Shown here: positions 7,765 to 16,804 of the stretch, one piece after another
Position numbering within the stretch: the stretch's first letter is position 1
How the letters are laid out: the number at the start of each line of letters is the position of its first letter
Source of the DNA: a virus
Lineage: Duplodnaviria; Caudoviricetes
Length of the DNA stretch: 37,390 bases
Direction: 5' to 3' (one strand)
Virus record (IMG/VR): IMGVR_UViG_3300037722_000528
Coordinates: 1-37,390 of that record
The notes under the pieces: model-generated
The model's database searches: none
Seen by the model: the letters and a program-made list of their open reading frames with translations, nothing else
Told to the model about the DNA's origin: nothing
Translations under genes and position numbers: made by a program

Positions 7765-8606
7765 GCCTGGAGACCGAAGCACCGAAGAAGCCGACCTACT
7801 CTTCGACCCGCCTCGATACCTACCTCACCTGCGGGGAAGCGTACCGGCGGCGCTACATCCTGGGAGAGAAGATTCCGCCAGGAGTCGCGCTCATCCGGGG
7901 CCGATCGGTCCACAAGGCGGCCGAGATCAACTACCGGCAGAAGCTCGAGACGCGCGAGGACCTCCCCGTCGAGCAGATCGTCGACTCCGCGGCCGCTGAG
8001 TTCGAGGCGACCGTCGAGGGCGAGGGCGTGCTCTTCAATTTCGAGGAGGAGCGGATCGGCGCCGGGAAGGTGATTGGCGCAGCGAAGGACGACACGACCT
8101 CGTGCGCGCGTGTCTTCGCGGAGCGGGTCTCTCCCGCGGTGCAACCTCTCATCGTCGAGGAGATGGTCCGGATCGACCTCCCCGATCGAGATTTCGACCT
8201 CATCGGGAAGATCGACACCGTCGACGAACTCGAGTACGTGCGCGACCTCAAGACGTCGGGTCGCCGCAAGGCGCAGGCCGACGTCGACACGAGCGACCAG
8301 CTCACCTGGTACTCGGCCGCCTACCGGAAGCTGACGGGGCGGACGCCGAAGGGAGTCGTGCTCGACGTCCTCCTATGCCAGAAGACGCCCAGCGTGCAGC
8401 GGCTCGTCTCTCACCGCACCACGCGCGATATCGACGTCTTCCTCGCGCGTCTCAACGCATTCGTCGCCGGCGTCTCGGGCGGAATCTTCCTGCCCGCGAC
8501 TCCCGGACATTGGAAGTGCTCTCCGAAATGGTGCGGGTACTGGCACACGTGCCCGTACGTGAACACGGAACGCCGTGAAGCCGCGGCGATGGCAAGGGGT
8601 GACTGA
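7761..8606 (+). CDS. PD-(D/E)XK (RecB-like) exonuclease
   Basis: YSSTRLDTYLTC, GRSVH, GKID...DLKT, QL..Y and a C-terminal CSPKWCGYWHTC cluster; GGAGG before ATG 7761. Confidence 0.88.
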   Translation: MSLETEAPKKPTYSSTRLDTYLTCGEAYRRRYILGEKIPPGVALIRGRSVHKAAEINYRQKLETREDLPVEQIVDSAAAEFEATVEGEGVLFNFEEERIGAGKVIGAAKDDTTSCARVFAERVSPAVQPLIVEEMVRIDLPDRDFDLIGKIDTVDELEYVRDLKTSGRRKAQADVDTSDQLTWYSAAYRKLTGRTPKGVVLDVLLCQKTPSVQRLVSHRTTRDIDVFLARLNAFVAGVSGGIFLPATPGHWKCSPKWCGYWHTCPYVNTERREAAAMARGD

Positions 8607-9733
8607 TGGCGAACTACGAATCATCTGGACCGATCGGGACAGTCGCACCGAGCGGCGCCGGCGGGAACATGGCGGCGGATCTCATCTCACAGGGCGCGCA
8701 GCTCCTGCAGATCCGTACCGAGAAGCAGCTCCTGGTCGCGGTGCAGAGGCCGCGCGACGAGGAGAAGTTCGAGCGGAAGCTCCTCGCGGAAGCGGCCGCG
8801 GCCGGCGAGGACTTCTTTTACTCGATCCCGTACAAGAACCACGTGGAAGGCTGCCAGGACCGGGGTCGCTGCAAGTGTCCGGAGACTCCCGTCGAGGGCG
8901 CCGGCGTCGGCCTCGCCCGATCGGCCGCGCGGCTCTGGGGAAACTGCAGCGTCGAGACCATAATCGAGCAGGACCTTCCCGACGCGTGGATCGTCGGCGC
9001 GTGGTTCGTGGACTTCGAGACGAACTACACCAAGCACGAGGCGAAGCGGATCTCGAAGATGAAGTTCCTCCGGGGCGGCCGGGCGGTGAAGGTGGCGGGC
9101 AAGGAACTCGACGTCGTCTACCAGCAAGGCGCGAGTAAGGTCGAGCGGGACGTCATTCTGCGCGCGCTCCCGAAGCATGTCGTGGAGCGCTCCTTCGAGA
9201 CGGCGAAGGCGGCTGCCCTGCAAGAGAAGGCGCCCGTCGCACAGCAGATCGCTCGTCTCGTGCGGAAGTTCGCGGAGACGAACGTCCCGCTTTCGCTGAT
9301 CGAGTCCTACCTCGGATCTCCGTTCACCGAGGCGGCCCTCAAGAAGACGGATCGGAACCCGGTCGAGGTGTGCGCGCATCTGCGCGGAATCCTGACCGCG
9401 ATCAAGGGCGGCGAGGTGACGCTCGAGGACGTCTTCGGTGAGGCAGCCGCTGCGGCGACATCGTCGATGCCGGCGACGGCGCAGACGAGCGGAGCGACCG
9501 GGCAGGCCGCCGGCGGGATCAGCAAGGCCGAGCTCGAGCCGGCAGAGAAGGACCCGCGCGACGAGCTCCGGCAACTCATCGTCGACCTGGCGGTGAAGAA
9601 CAACATGCTCCCGACCGCGGCCGAAGCCGATCTCGCGAAGGGCTACGGCGTCACCACTGTCGAGGACCTCACGCCCTCCCAGGTCCGCGAGGCGATCGAG
9701 GGTCTCCGCAGCGGAAAGGAGGCAGGCAAATGA
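8606..9733 (+). CDS. Conserved phage protein, putative single-strand annealing/recombination partner
   Basis: PRDE...FFYSIP...EGAGVGLARSAARLWGN pattern recalled from phage proteins encoded next to exonucleases; function inferred from context. Confidence 0.5.
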   Translation: MANYESSGPIGTVAPSGAGGNMAADLISQGAQLLQIRTEKQLLVAVQRPRDEEKFERKLLAEAAAAGEDFFYSIPYKNHVEGCQDRGRCKCPETPVEGAGVGLARSAARLWGNCSVETIIEQDLPDAWIVGAWFVDFETNYTKHEAKRISKMKFLRGGRAVKVAGKELDVVYQQGASKVERDVILRALPKHVVERSFETAKAAALQEKAPVAQQIARLVRKFAETNVPLSLIESYLGSPFTEAALKKTDRNPVEVCAHLRGILTAIKGGEVTLEDVFGEAAAAATSSMPATAQTSGATGQAAGGISKAELEPAEKDPRDELRQLIVDLAVKNNMLPTAAEADLAKGYGVTTVEDLTPSQVREAIEGLRSGKEAGK

Positions 9734-11052
9734 AGATCGAACGTGTCCGCGTGCACAACCTCAAGCGGATCGCCGATCTCGACATGGTTCCGGGCGACGC
9801 GAGCCTCATCATCGTCGGCGGAGAGAACGGCGCCGGGAAGACGACGGCGCTCGACTCGATCATCTGGACCCTGGGAGGAGCGCGCCTCATCCAGGACAAG
9901 CCGCTCCGCCGCGGGGCGAGCGAGGGATACGGCGAGGTCCGCCTGAGTGGCGGCTGGACGGTGCGTCGATCGTTCGATTCTGACGGCGACAGCGTCCTCG
10001 AGATCCGCAACGACGAGATGGAGCTTGCGGCGCCCCGGAAGCCTCAGGGCTGGCTCGATTCGCTGGTCGGACCGATCAGCTACGACCCGGTCGCGTTCCA
10101 GCGCATGACGCGCAAGGAACAGGGCGAGACGCTCCGGCAACTCGTCGGCCTAGACCTCTCCGAAATCGATCAGAAGCGGGAGTACCTGGCGGACCTGAGG
10201 CGGGACGCTAAGAAGGAGCGCGATCGCCTCGAGGGCAATCTTCTCACGACTCCGGAGGTCGACGCTCCCAGCGAGACCGTCAGCGTCACCGGGCTCTCGG
10301 AGCGGCTGCGCGAGGCGATGGCGAGCAATGCTCAGCGGGAGTCGCTGCTGCATGCACTCGATCGGGCGGCCAATCGCGTCATGACAGCGCAGGGAGTGCT
10401 CGATCGACTCCGCGCTGAGGTGGCTCGGGCGGAGGCTGCGGTGCATGAGGCCGAGCAGGCGGAGGACCGGGCGACGAAGGCGGTGGAGGCGGCGCCGGCG
10501 GTCATCGCCATCGGAGAGATCCAGGCCGAGATCGCCGCGGCCGAGGACACCAACACGCGCGTGCGGGCGAAGCGGGAGCGGGCAAAGCTGATCGCCGCGG
10601 CCGCGTCTGCCCGGCGGAATCATCAGGACCTCGAGGAGCAGGTCAAGGCCGCAGACGCCGCCAGGACGCGCGCGATCGCCGAGGCAGACTTCCCAGTCCC
10701 TGGGCTCGCCTTCGCCGAAGACGGTTCGGTGCTCTTTGAAGGGCTCCCCTTCGGCCAAGCCTCTGATGCCGAGCAACTCCGCATCTCGATCGGGATCGGG
10801 CTTGCCCTCCACCCGGAGCTCAAGGTGCTCCTCATCCGGCGCGACGGTTCGCTGCTCGATTCGAAGTCTCTCGCGATCGCCGACAGGATGGTGCGGGCGA
10901 AGGGCGGTCAAGTCTGGATCGAGCGCGTGGTAGAGGACGACTCCCAGCCGGTGACGTTCTGGCTGCACGAGGGGAAGCTCGCTAAGCCGGTCTCGGCCGA
11001 AGAGCGCGCAGCTCTTCAATCCACAGACAACGGCGACGACGGCTCTGGATGA
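9730..11052 (+). CDS. SMC/SbcC-like coiled-coil AAA ATPase
   Basis: Walker A GENGAGKTT, long coiled coil, ASDAEQ signature, LLIRRDGSLLD Walker B/D-loop region. Confidence 0.85.
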   Translation: MKIERVRVHNLKRIADLDMVPGDASLIIVGGENGAGKTTALDSIIWTLGGARLIQDKPLRRGASEGYGEVRLSGGWTVRRSFDSDGDSVLEIRNDEMELAAPRKPQGWLDSLVGPISYDPVAFQRMTRKEQGETLRQLVGLDLSEIDQKREYLADLRRDAKKERDRLEGNLLTTPEVDAPSETVSVTGLSERLREAMASNAQRESLLHALDRAANRVMTAQGVLDRLRAEVARAEAAVHEAEQAEDRATKAVEAAPAVIAIGEIQAEIAAAEDTNTRVRAKRERAKLIAAAASARRNHQDLEEQVKAADAARTRAIAEADFPVPGLAFAEDGSVLFEGLPFGQASDAEQLRISIGIGLALHPELKVLLIRRDGSLLDSKSLAIADRMVRAKGGQVWIERVVEDDSQPVTFWLHEGKLAKPVSAEERAALQSTDNGDDGSG

Positions 11053-11168
11053 TGGAACCCCGGCCCCGGGTGGGGTCTCGGCGCCCGCCGAACCCTGTCA
11101 CCGCAGCGCATGCGGCCTGCGCGCGGTGAACCCGGGGCCCACTTTCACAGGCCGTGGAGGCGGAACCC

Positions 11169-11432
11169 TTGCCAAGGAAGCAGACAGAGATCCCGGGGAC
11201 AGAACGTCCGGTACTTCCCAACGTGACATCGGCCGCGGAATCGTACGTCGATGTGCGCGATCAGCGAATGAAGCTGACCACGGAGGAGGTGTCGAAGAGG
11301 GAGATCCTGGTGATGGAGATGAAAGAGGCGGGGCTTGACTCGTACGTTGACCAGGAAGCCGGGCTGGAGATCGTCATCGAGCACCGAGACAAGGTGAAGG
11401 TGCGGCGGTTGCCCGAGGACGGCGAGGTCTGA
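11169..11432 (+). CDS. Hypothetical protein, 87 aa
   Basis: GGAGG at 11156-11160 favours TTG 11169 (MPRKQTEIPG...). Confidence 0.65.
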   Translation: MPRKQTEIPGTERPVLPNVTSAAESYVDVRDQRMKLTTEEVSKREILVMEMKEAGLDSYVDQEAGLEIVIEHRDKVKVRRLPEDGEV

Positions 11433-11519
11433 GTTCCCCCAGGACGCGCCGGCCGTGTGAGTCAGCCCACACGGATCCGCCCGGCGCGTCCCACACCAAC
11501 GCAGGGAGGCGAGGAGAGC

Positions 11520-11765
11520 GTGAAAGCCGCAGAGGGATCAGTCGTGAGCCTGTACTTCGACTCGCGTCGCCCGATCGGCGAGGGCGACGTCCTGCAGACG
11601 CCGACGGGCCGCCGCTACCTGATCCTCTCGCACAGGGTGCAGGAACGCGGGAAGCGCGCGGGCCGACACCATCTCAAGTGTCTCGTGATGCGGCCGAGCG
11701 ACACGAGCGAGGGCCGGACGTTCCCGATCTACTGGTACGGCCGGAACAGGAGGCGAAGCCGATGA
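11520..11765 (+). CDS. Hypothetical protein
   Basis: GAGGAG SD before GTG 11520; coupled to the next gene. Confidence 0.6.
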   Translation: MKAAEGSVVSLYFDSRRPIGEGDVLQTPTGRRYLILSHRVQERGKRAGRHHLKCLVMRPSDTSEGRTFPIYWYGRNRRRSR

Positions 11766-12004
11766 GCAAAGCCAGAATCATCCGCTGCACCCGCCCCGCC
11801 GGCGGCTGCGGGGAGCCGATCGTGTTTCTACGCACGAAGAACGGAAAGCTCTGCCCGATCGAGATCACCGGAGAGGAGATCCCGGACGAAGACGACCTGT
11901 TTGACGGTGCGATTCACCGTGCACATCACCGGACCTGCCGCGCCTACATGGAGATCCGCGCGGCGAAGGGTGGCAAGGGCACCGAGCAAGAGGAGGGATT
12001 CTAG
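11762..12004 (+). CDS. Hypothetical Zn-ribbon-like protein
   Basis: C...CGEPIVFLRTKNGK..P...H..TC pattern common in phage early genes; ATGA overlap. Confidence 0.65.
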   Translation: MSKARIIRCTRPAGGCGEPIVFLRTKNGKLCPIEITGEEIPDEDDLFDGAIHRAHHRTCRAYMEIRAAKGGKGTEQEEGF

Positions 12005-12006
12005 CG

Positions 12007-12219
12007 ATGAGGATCACGATCGAGGCGACGGACAAACTCACGACGATCGCAGGTAGTGAATGTCGAGTCTGGAACGGCACGTCGGAAAACGGTGCGAAGT
12101 GTCTGGTCTTCGTGGCCCGCGTCGCCGTCCCCGAAGGCGAAGATCAGAGCGCATTCGAGCGCGAGCTCCGGGAAACAATACCCCCTGGTCGTGTGGTCGA
12201 TCTCCGGATGGTCCTGTGA
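12007..12219 (+). CDS. Hypothetical protein
   Basis: GGAGG SD; tightly packed in the operon. Confidence 0.65.
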   Translation: MRITIEATDKLTTIAGSECRVWNGTSENGAKCLVFVARVAVPEGEDQSAFERELRETIPPGRVVDLRMVL

Positions 12220-12569
12220 TGGACGCCGAGCTACGCGCGCTGATCCGGGACGAGGACGACAACGAGATCAAGTGCCGGCTCGCGGCCGCGTACGCCGCGG
12301 GGAAGCACAAGGGGAAGGTCGCCGCTCAAGTCGCGATGGATCCGCAGACCCAGGCGGAGAACCTCGAATACATGAAGCTCTTCGCGATCACGCTCGGGCT
12401 CACGGGCCTAGACGAAGTGCTTCTATCAGAGCGAGATGTCAATCGAGTCAACGGGATGGTGGTGGTGATCGGCCCCAATCCTGACGACCGGTCGATCCGC
12501 GTTCGACTCATGACCGCGGAGGACGCGGAGAAAGAATCCGCAAAGGTGAGGAGGGGATCGTGTCCGTGA
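12219..12569 (+). CDS. Hypothetical protein
   Basis: TGATG coupling at 12217-12221; protein-like composition. Confidence 0.6.
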   Translation: MDAELRALIRDEDDNEIKCRLAAAYAAGKHKGKVAAQVAMDPQTQAENLEYMKLFAITLGLTGLDEVLLSERDVNRVNGMVVVIGPNPDDRSIRVRLMTAEDAEKESAKVRRGSCP

Positions 12570-13900
12570 AATTCTGTGCCTACAGCCCGCCGCGGATCCT
12601 CGATGGTCCGTCGTGGAATCTTCTCACGCGGAAGCGCAGGGATCGGTGGGATATGAAGCGGCGCGTCGTTGTCCCGCGGCCAGAGAGCGAGGAAGAGGGG
12701 GACCAGGGGCCCGCACTGATCGACCGGCTTGTCTATCCGACGACCTGGCCCAGCACGTACCAGACGATCCGGGCGGCGCGGCCGGGACTGGAGTGGATCA
12801 ACGTCAGCGACCTGAGCTTCGTCAAATGCGAGACTAGCGGCGGACTCTGGGCCGGGTGGATACCTCCGAACCCAGCGCGCGAGGCCGTGGATCCCGACCT
12901 CTACATGGCGCAGCTTTACCGCTCGCAGTACGGGGGCGGGTGGGATAACTTCTGGGCGGATTCGCGCGGCCGCTGGATCTCTCCGCAAAGCAACGACATC
13001 GTAGCTGACCCGCTCAAGCTCTTCGTCGGCGCTCGCGATGGACAGAAGCCCCTGGACATCTGGGCGGAGACTTACCATCGGTTCACCCGGCCCGAGTACG
13101 CCTACAAGTACGAAGGCGTCTCGATCGACATGACCCCTGGACGCCTCACATGGGGGGACTGGGACGCCTATCTCGACGATAGGGCATGGCTCGACGCGCT
13201 TACGTCCTTCGCCCGGGCGATGAATCTCGCCGGGGTGTATTGGTGGGAGAACTCGTGGGGAGCCGGACCGCGCAACCACGGCGGAGCGACCGGCTACCAG
13301 CTCGAGAGTTGGGGGACCCAATCGGGCGCGATGGCGCAATACCGACTGTGGGGCTACCTCGGGACCTGGGAGACACAGCTCCGGTTCCGCGACGGCTCGA
13401 TCGGCCGATTCACGAGCGGGATTCCAACCCTCACGCTCTCGCAGCGGCGCGAGAGCAACCTCGACGTGAATCCATCGCTCGAATGGTCGAGCGCGGAGAA
13501 GCTCCGGTGGGTGCGCCTCGGGCTCGCGGCGGCTCATCTCATGGACATCGGATCGGTGTCGCTCAACCGGTACAAGTACGCCCACCACGGGCTCTGGGAC
13601 CCGCACAGCGAGCACACCGACGAGATCGAGCTGTGGACGCGGCTGGAGCCTTGGAGCGAAACGGAGTGGAGACAGGGGACGAGAGTGGTCTACCGGGGTG
13701 CGGTGCTGCCCGACGCATCGGTCCTGCAGGACAGCGGGCTGATCGGCGTGCGACCGATGTTCGACCCCATCGGTGGGCAGCGCTACACGATCTGGCTGAA
13801 CCCGAACGATCAGCACACGGGGACGGTGGACGCGCGAAGCGCCCTCCTCGTCCGGAGCGGATCGCTCGGTGGGGGCGTGGGCAGAGCGGGGGAGCGGTAG
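12560..13900 (+). CDS. Trp-rich protein, putative glycoside-hydrolase-like (GHL15-type)
   Basis: WDNFWADS, GVYWWEN and WVRLGLAAAHL..HHGLW resemble hypothetical glycoside hydrolases; start may be 12566. Confidence 0.45.
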   Translation: MSVKFCAYSPPRILDGPSWNLLTRKRRDRWDMKRRVVVPRPESEEEGDQGPALIDRLVYPTTWPSTYQTIRAARPGLEWINVSDLSFVKCETSGGLWAGWIPPNPAREAVDPDLYMAQLYRSQYGGGWDNFWADSRGRWISPQSNDIVADPLKLFVGARDGQKPLDIWAETYHRFTRPEYAYKYEGVSIDMTPGRLTWGDWDAYLDDRAWLDALTSFARAMNLAGVYWWENSWGAGPRNHGGATGYQLESWGTQSGAMAQYRLWGYLGTWETQLRFRDGSIGRFTSGIPTLTLSQRRESNLDVNPSLEWSSAEKLRWVRLGLAAAHLMDIGSVSLNRYKYAHHGLWDPHSEHTDEIELWTRLEPWSETEWRQGTRVVYRGAVLPDASVLQDSGLIGVRPMFDPIGGQRYTIWLNPNDQHTGTVDARSALLVRSGSLGGGVGRAGER

Positions 13901-13927
13901 TTTCACTTTCACGAATGGGGGTAAGTC

Positions 13928-14179
13928 GTGGAACAGAACGGAAACGGAGCGCGTGACTTTGCGTCCAAGCTGCAGGCCGTGGCCGCAGAGACGGCGCAGA
14001 AGCCGCCGGAGCCTCCCAAGCTGGAACCGGCCCGGCACGGCCTGCAGTGTGCGCTCGGACTCCATGCCTGGTCGCGCTGGTCGGTGGGCCGCGAGCTCGA
14101 CGCGATCGGGGGCGTGCGGATCGTGATGGTCCGGCAGTGCACGCGGTGCCACTGGCCCCAGACGCGGGAGGTGGATTGA
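13928..14179 (+). CDS. Hypothetical protein with C..G.H.W...CxxC motif
   Basis: LQCALGLHAWSRW...RQCTRC. Confidence 0.6.
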   Translation: MEQNGNGARDFASKLQAVAAETAQKPPEPPKLEPARHGLQCALGLHAWSRWSVGRELDAIGGVRIVMVRQCTRCHWPQTREVD

Positions 14180-14599
14180 ATGCGAATCATCGAGACCGGG
14201 ATCGAGCTGACCTGGGACGAGTTCCACGACCTCACCGCATTGATCCGGCGATCGAAGTCGCTAGCAGCGAAGAAACACGGCGTGACGCTCAGCGTGTCCA
14301 AGCCGGCGACGCCGGCGAACGGGGGAGAGACGCCCAGGATGGACGCGAAAGGATGGAGATCTCCCGAACACCGTCGCCACGTCGATCACGCGGTGCGGAA
14401 GAAGCAGCCAAAGAAGTCGATGGGCAGACCCGCGATCACTCACGTCCGCGAGAACAAGAGTGGTCGCTGCAACCAGCACGGCCGTCAGCTGGCGCGCGAC
14501 CCCGAGGACGGACTATGGAGCTGCCCAGTCTGCCTTGCCGAAGCGGACGCGGTCGAGGAAGAGGTCGACCTGCTCGACGAAGAGGAGGACTTGGCGTGA
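14180..14599 (+). CDS. Hypothetical protein
   Basis: GGAGG SD; CNQH...CPVC and an acidic tail. Confidence 0.6.
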   Translation: MRIIETGIELTWDEFHDLTALIRRSKSLAAKKHGVTLSVSKPATPANGGETPRMDAKGWRSPEHRRHVDHAVRKKQPKKSMGRPAITHVRENKSGRCNQHGRQLARDPEDGLWSCPVCLAEADAVEEEVDLLDEEEDLA

Positions 14600-14793
14600 A
14601 AGCGCTAGAAGATCTCCCCAGTTATGCGAAGTCGACTGCGTTGATGCAAACCGACGAGGAACGAGAGGCGTTTCGCGAGCTATGTCAGGACTACCGCGAA
14701 GCAGCGGAGGAGATCACCGGGCGCGGCATCATCCACTGCGAGGTGATCGCCTTCCTTGTGATCAATGGATGGCGCAAGACGGAGAGCGCATGA
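14596..14793 (+). CDS. Hypothetical protein, 65 aa
   Basis: GAGGAGG SD; GTGA and ATGA overlaps at both ends. Confidence 0.55.
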   Translation: MKALEDLPSYAKSTALMQTDEEREAFRELCQDYREAAEEITGRGIIHCEVIAFLVINGWRKTESA

Positions 14794-15326
14794 ACGGCTC
14801 CCTCTTCCCCCAGCTCGAGCCGCTCCGCGAGGAGATGGAGAGAGGTCCGGGGGTGATCTCCTTCACGGTCTATGGCATCGCGAAGTCGCAGGGGCGACCG
14901 ACCGCGTCGCCCGTCTATCGAAAGGGACCGGATGGCAGGCCGCAGCCTGTCATCGTCGACGGACGGGTCATCACCAACGTGCACCAGCCGGCGGAAGTGA
15001 AGACCTGGCGGAACGACGTGCGGCTGGCGGCGGGCGCAGCCACGGACGGGAAGCACCTCCAGGGTCCACTCGTTCTTCACGTCGCGTTCTTCCTGCCGCG
15101 GCCCGGGCGCCTGGTCTGGAAGACGCGACCGATGCCGACCGAGCCGTGCGATCGGAAACCCGATCTCGACAACCTCGTCAAGGGCATCAAGGACGCTCTC
15201 AGCGGGTGTCTGTGGCGTGACGACTCCCAAGTGGTCGAGATCCATGCGACCAAGCGGTACGCGGCCGGCCCCGGCTACGGCGACGAGCGGGCCCGCGTCG
15301 AGGTGACGGTGGAGGCAATCTCATGA
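14790..15326 (+). CDS. rusA: RusA-family Holliday junction resolvase
   Basis: KPDLDNLVKGIKDALSG..WRDDSQV signature. Confidence 0.92.
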   Translation: MNGSLFPQLEPLREEMERGPGVISFTVYGIAKSQGRPTASPVYRKGPDGRPQPVIVDGRVITNVHQPAEVKTWRNDVRLAAGAATDGKHLQGPLVLHVAFFLPRPGRLVWKTRPMPTEPCDRKPDLDNLVKGIKDALSGCLWRDDSQVVEIHATKRYAAGPGYGDERARVEVTVEAIS

Positions 15327-15835
15327 CTCAGCCAAAGCGTATCGACATCGCCGAGTTCCGGCGTCTCGGTCTTCTCCAGGAGGTGAACCGGCAGTTCTTC
15401 CATCCGCTCGGCCTGGCGCTGGAAGCTGTGATCGATAACGACCACTGCCAGACCTGCGGGGCAGTCGTGGAGTCGACCATCCACGCAACCGGCTCGCGGA
15501 ATCCGGAGATCGCCAAGGCCGCGCATGCCTTCGCTCCAACGCAGCGGCTGGGCGGGATCTGGGACTACCGCGACTACCCGGAGGGCATCAGCTACGGAGC
15601 CGACGTCACTTCGCGGCCGGAGTGGATCGCTGACGCCGAACGGGTCGCCAAGATGCAACGAGATCGGTACGAGAGCCGCACGAAGGCCCTGGGCTACTGG
15701 ATCCAGCCAGTGAGAATCTGCCGCGTCTGCGGCTGCACGGACGACGACTGCCTGGAGTGCATCGAGCGAACCGGCGAGCCCTGCTCCTGGGTCGAGGGGG
15801 ACCTTTGCAGCGCGTGCGTGGAGGCGATCGGGTGA
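15323..15835 (+). CDS. Hypothetical phage protein with C-terminal Cys-rich domain
   Basis: EVNRQFFHPLGLALE; CRVCGCTDDDC...CSWVEGDLCSAC. Confidence 0.7.
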   Translation: MTQPKRIDIAEFRRLGLLQEVNRQFFHPLGLALEAVIDNDHCQTCGAVVESTIHATGSRNPEIAKAAHAFAPTQRLGGIWDYRDYPEGISYGADVTSRPEWIADAERVAKMQRDRYESRTKALGYWIQPVRICRVCGCTDDDCLECIERTGEPCSWVEGDLCSACVEAIG

Positions 15836-15911
15836 TTCGGGTGAGGTAGGTCTGATGGACCAGGCACGAGGGGCAGGGAGCCGCCCAAGGGCAGGCGGAA
15901 AGGTTATAGGG

Positions 15912-16778
15912 ATGAGCGGGAAACGACCGCGGATCGTGTTATGGATCGACGACTTTGAAGCGCATCTCTTCCGTTCGGCCGAACCAACTCTAGCGACAGG
16001 TGCGCGAGTCCGTCTCTGGGCGAGGGCCTATCGAGAAGGCGGAACGCTCCCGGACGATGACGCACAGCTTGCCCGATGGGCCAGTCTGACGCTCAAAGAG
16101 TGGCGCTTTGTCAAGCCGTTCCTGAGCGGATCGTGGCCGCTGGAGAACGGCCGTTTTGTTCTCAGACGCATCCTGGATGAACTCCGTTACCGAGAGGGAT
16201 CAGTCGCCCGAGCCCGTGCCGCTGCCGAAGCAAGGTGGGAGGAAGAACCATGCGAGACGCATCCGAGTAGCAATGCATCCGGCATGCGAGACGCATCCGA
16301 GACGCATCCAAAACACGATGCCGAAAGTATGCCCTCCCCTCCCCTCCCCTCCCTCCCGTATCCCTCCCACTCACGCTCCTCTCCCGCGCGTGCGGGCGCG
16401 CGTGCGCGTGCGCGCGAGGGTGAATCCGACTCGGATCGGGATCCCGGCGCCTATTCCCCCGACTTCCTGCGCTTCTGGGCGGCCTATCCCCGGAAGGCGA
16501 AGAAGGGCGCCGCTGCTGCCGCCTGGCGAAAGGTCAAGCCGAGGGTCGAGGACGTACTCGCGGCGCTGGAATGGCAACGCGGATCCCCGGCCTGGCTCGA
16601 GCAAGGCGGACGGTTCATCCCGCATCCTGCGACGTACCTGAACGCGAAGTGTTGGGAGGACGAGCGATCGGGGTACGAAGCGCACGAGCAAGCGAATGGC
16701 GCGAAGAAGGGGCCGGGACCGTTGCCAGTCTGGCAGGATCCGGTGATGGACGAGATCGATCGCGAGCGTGCCAAGTAA
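15912..16778 (+). CDS. Phage replication initiator (YdaU/DUF1376-like N-terminus)
   Basis: LPDDDAQLAR N-domain, repetitive linker, C-domain FWAAYPRK...FIPHPATYLN..WEDE. Confidence 0.8.
   Translation: MSGKRPRIVLWIDDFEAHLFRSAEPTLATGARVRLWARAYREGGTLPDDDAQLARWASLTLKEWRFVKPFLSGSWPLENGRFVLRRILDELRYREGSVARARAAAEARWEEEPCETHPSSNASGMRDASETHPKHDAESMPSPPLPSLPYPSHSRSSPARAGARARAREGESDSDRDPGAYSPDFLRFWAAYPRKAKKGAAAAAWRKVKPRVEDVLAALEWQRGSPAWLEQGGRFIPHPATYLNAKCWEDERSGYEAHEQANGAKKGPGPLPVWQDPVMDEIDRERAK
16249..16309. repeat. Iteron-like repeats (putative replication origin)
   Basis: CATGCGAGACGCATCCGAG at 16249 and 16283; partial copies at 16273 and 16299; inside the initiator gene as in lambdoid ori. Confidence 0.7.
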
Positions 16779-16783
16779 TCGTG

Positions 16784-16789
16784 TATAAT
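16784..16789 (+). promoter_or_regulatory. Candidate late promoter -10 box
   Basis: Perfect TATAAT in an AT-rich patch before cos/terS; no -35 match. Confidence 0.45.
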
Positions 16790-16804
16790 TTTCAATCAGT
16801 CGGC

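Noticed and set aside
16249-16309. CRISPR-like mini-array
   Set aside because: Only two full 19-bp copies with a 15-nt gap, inside the initiator CDS; better explained as iterons.
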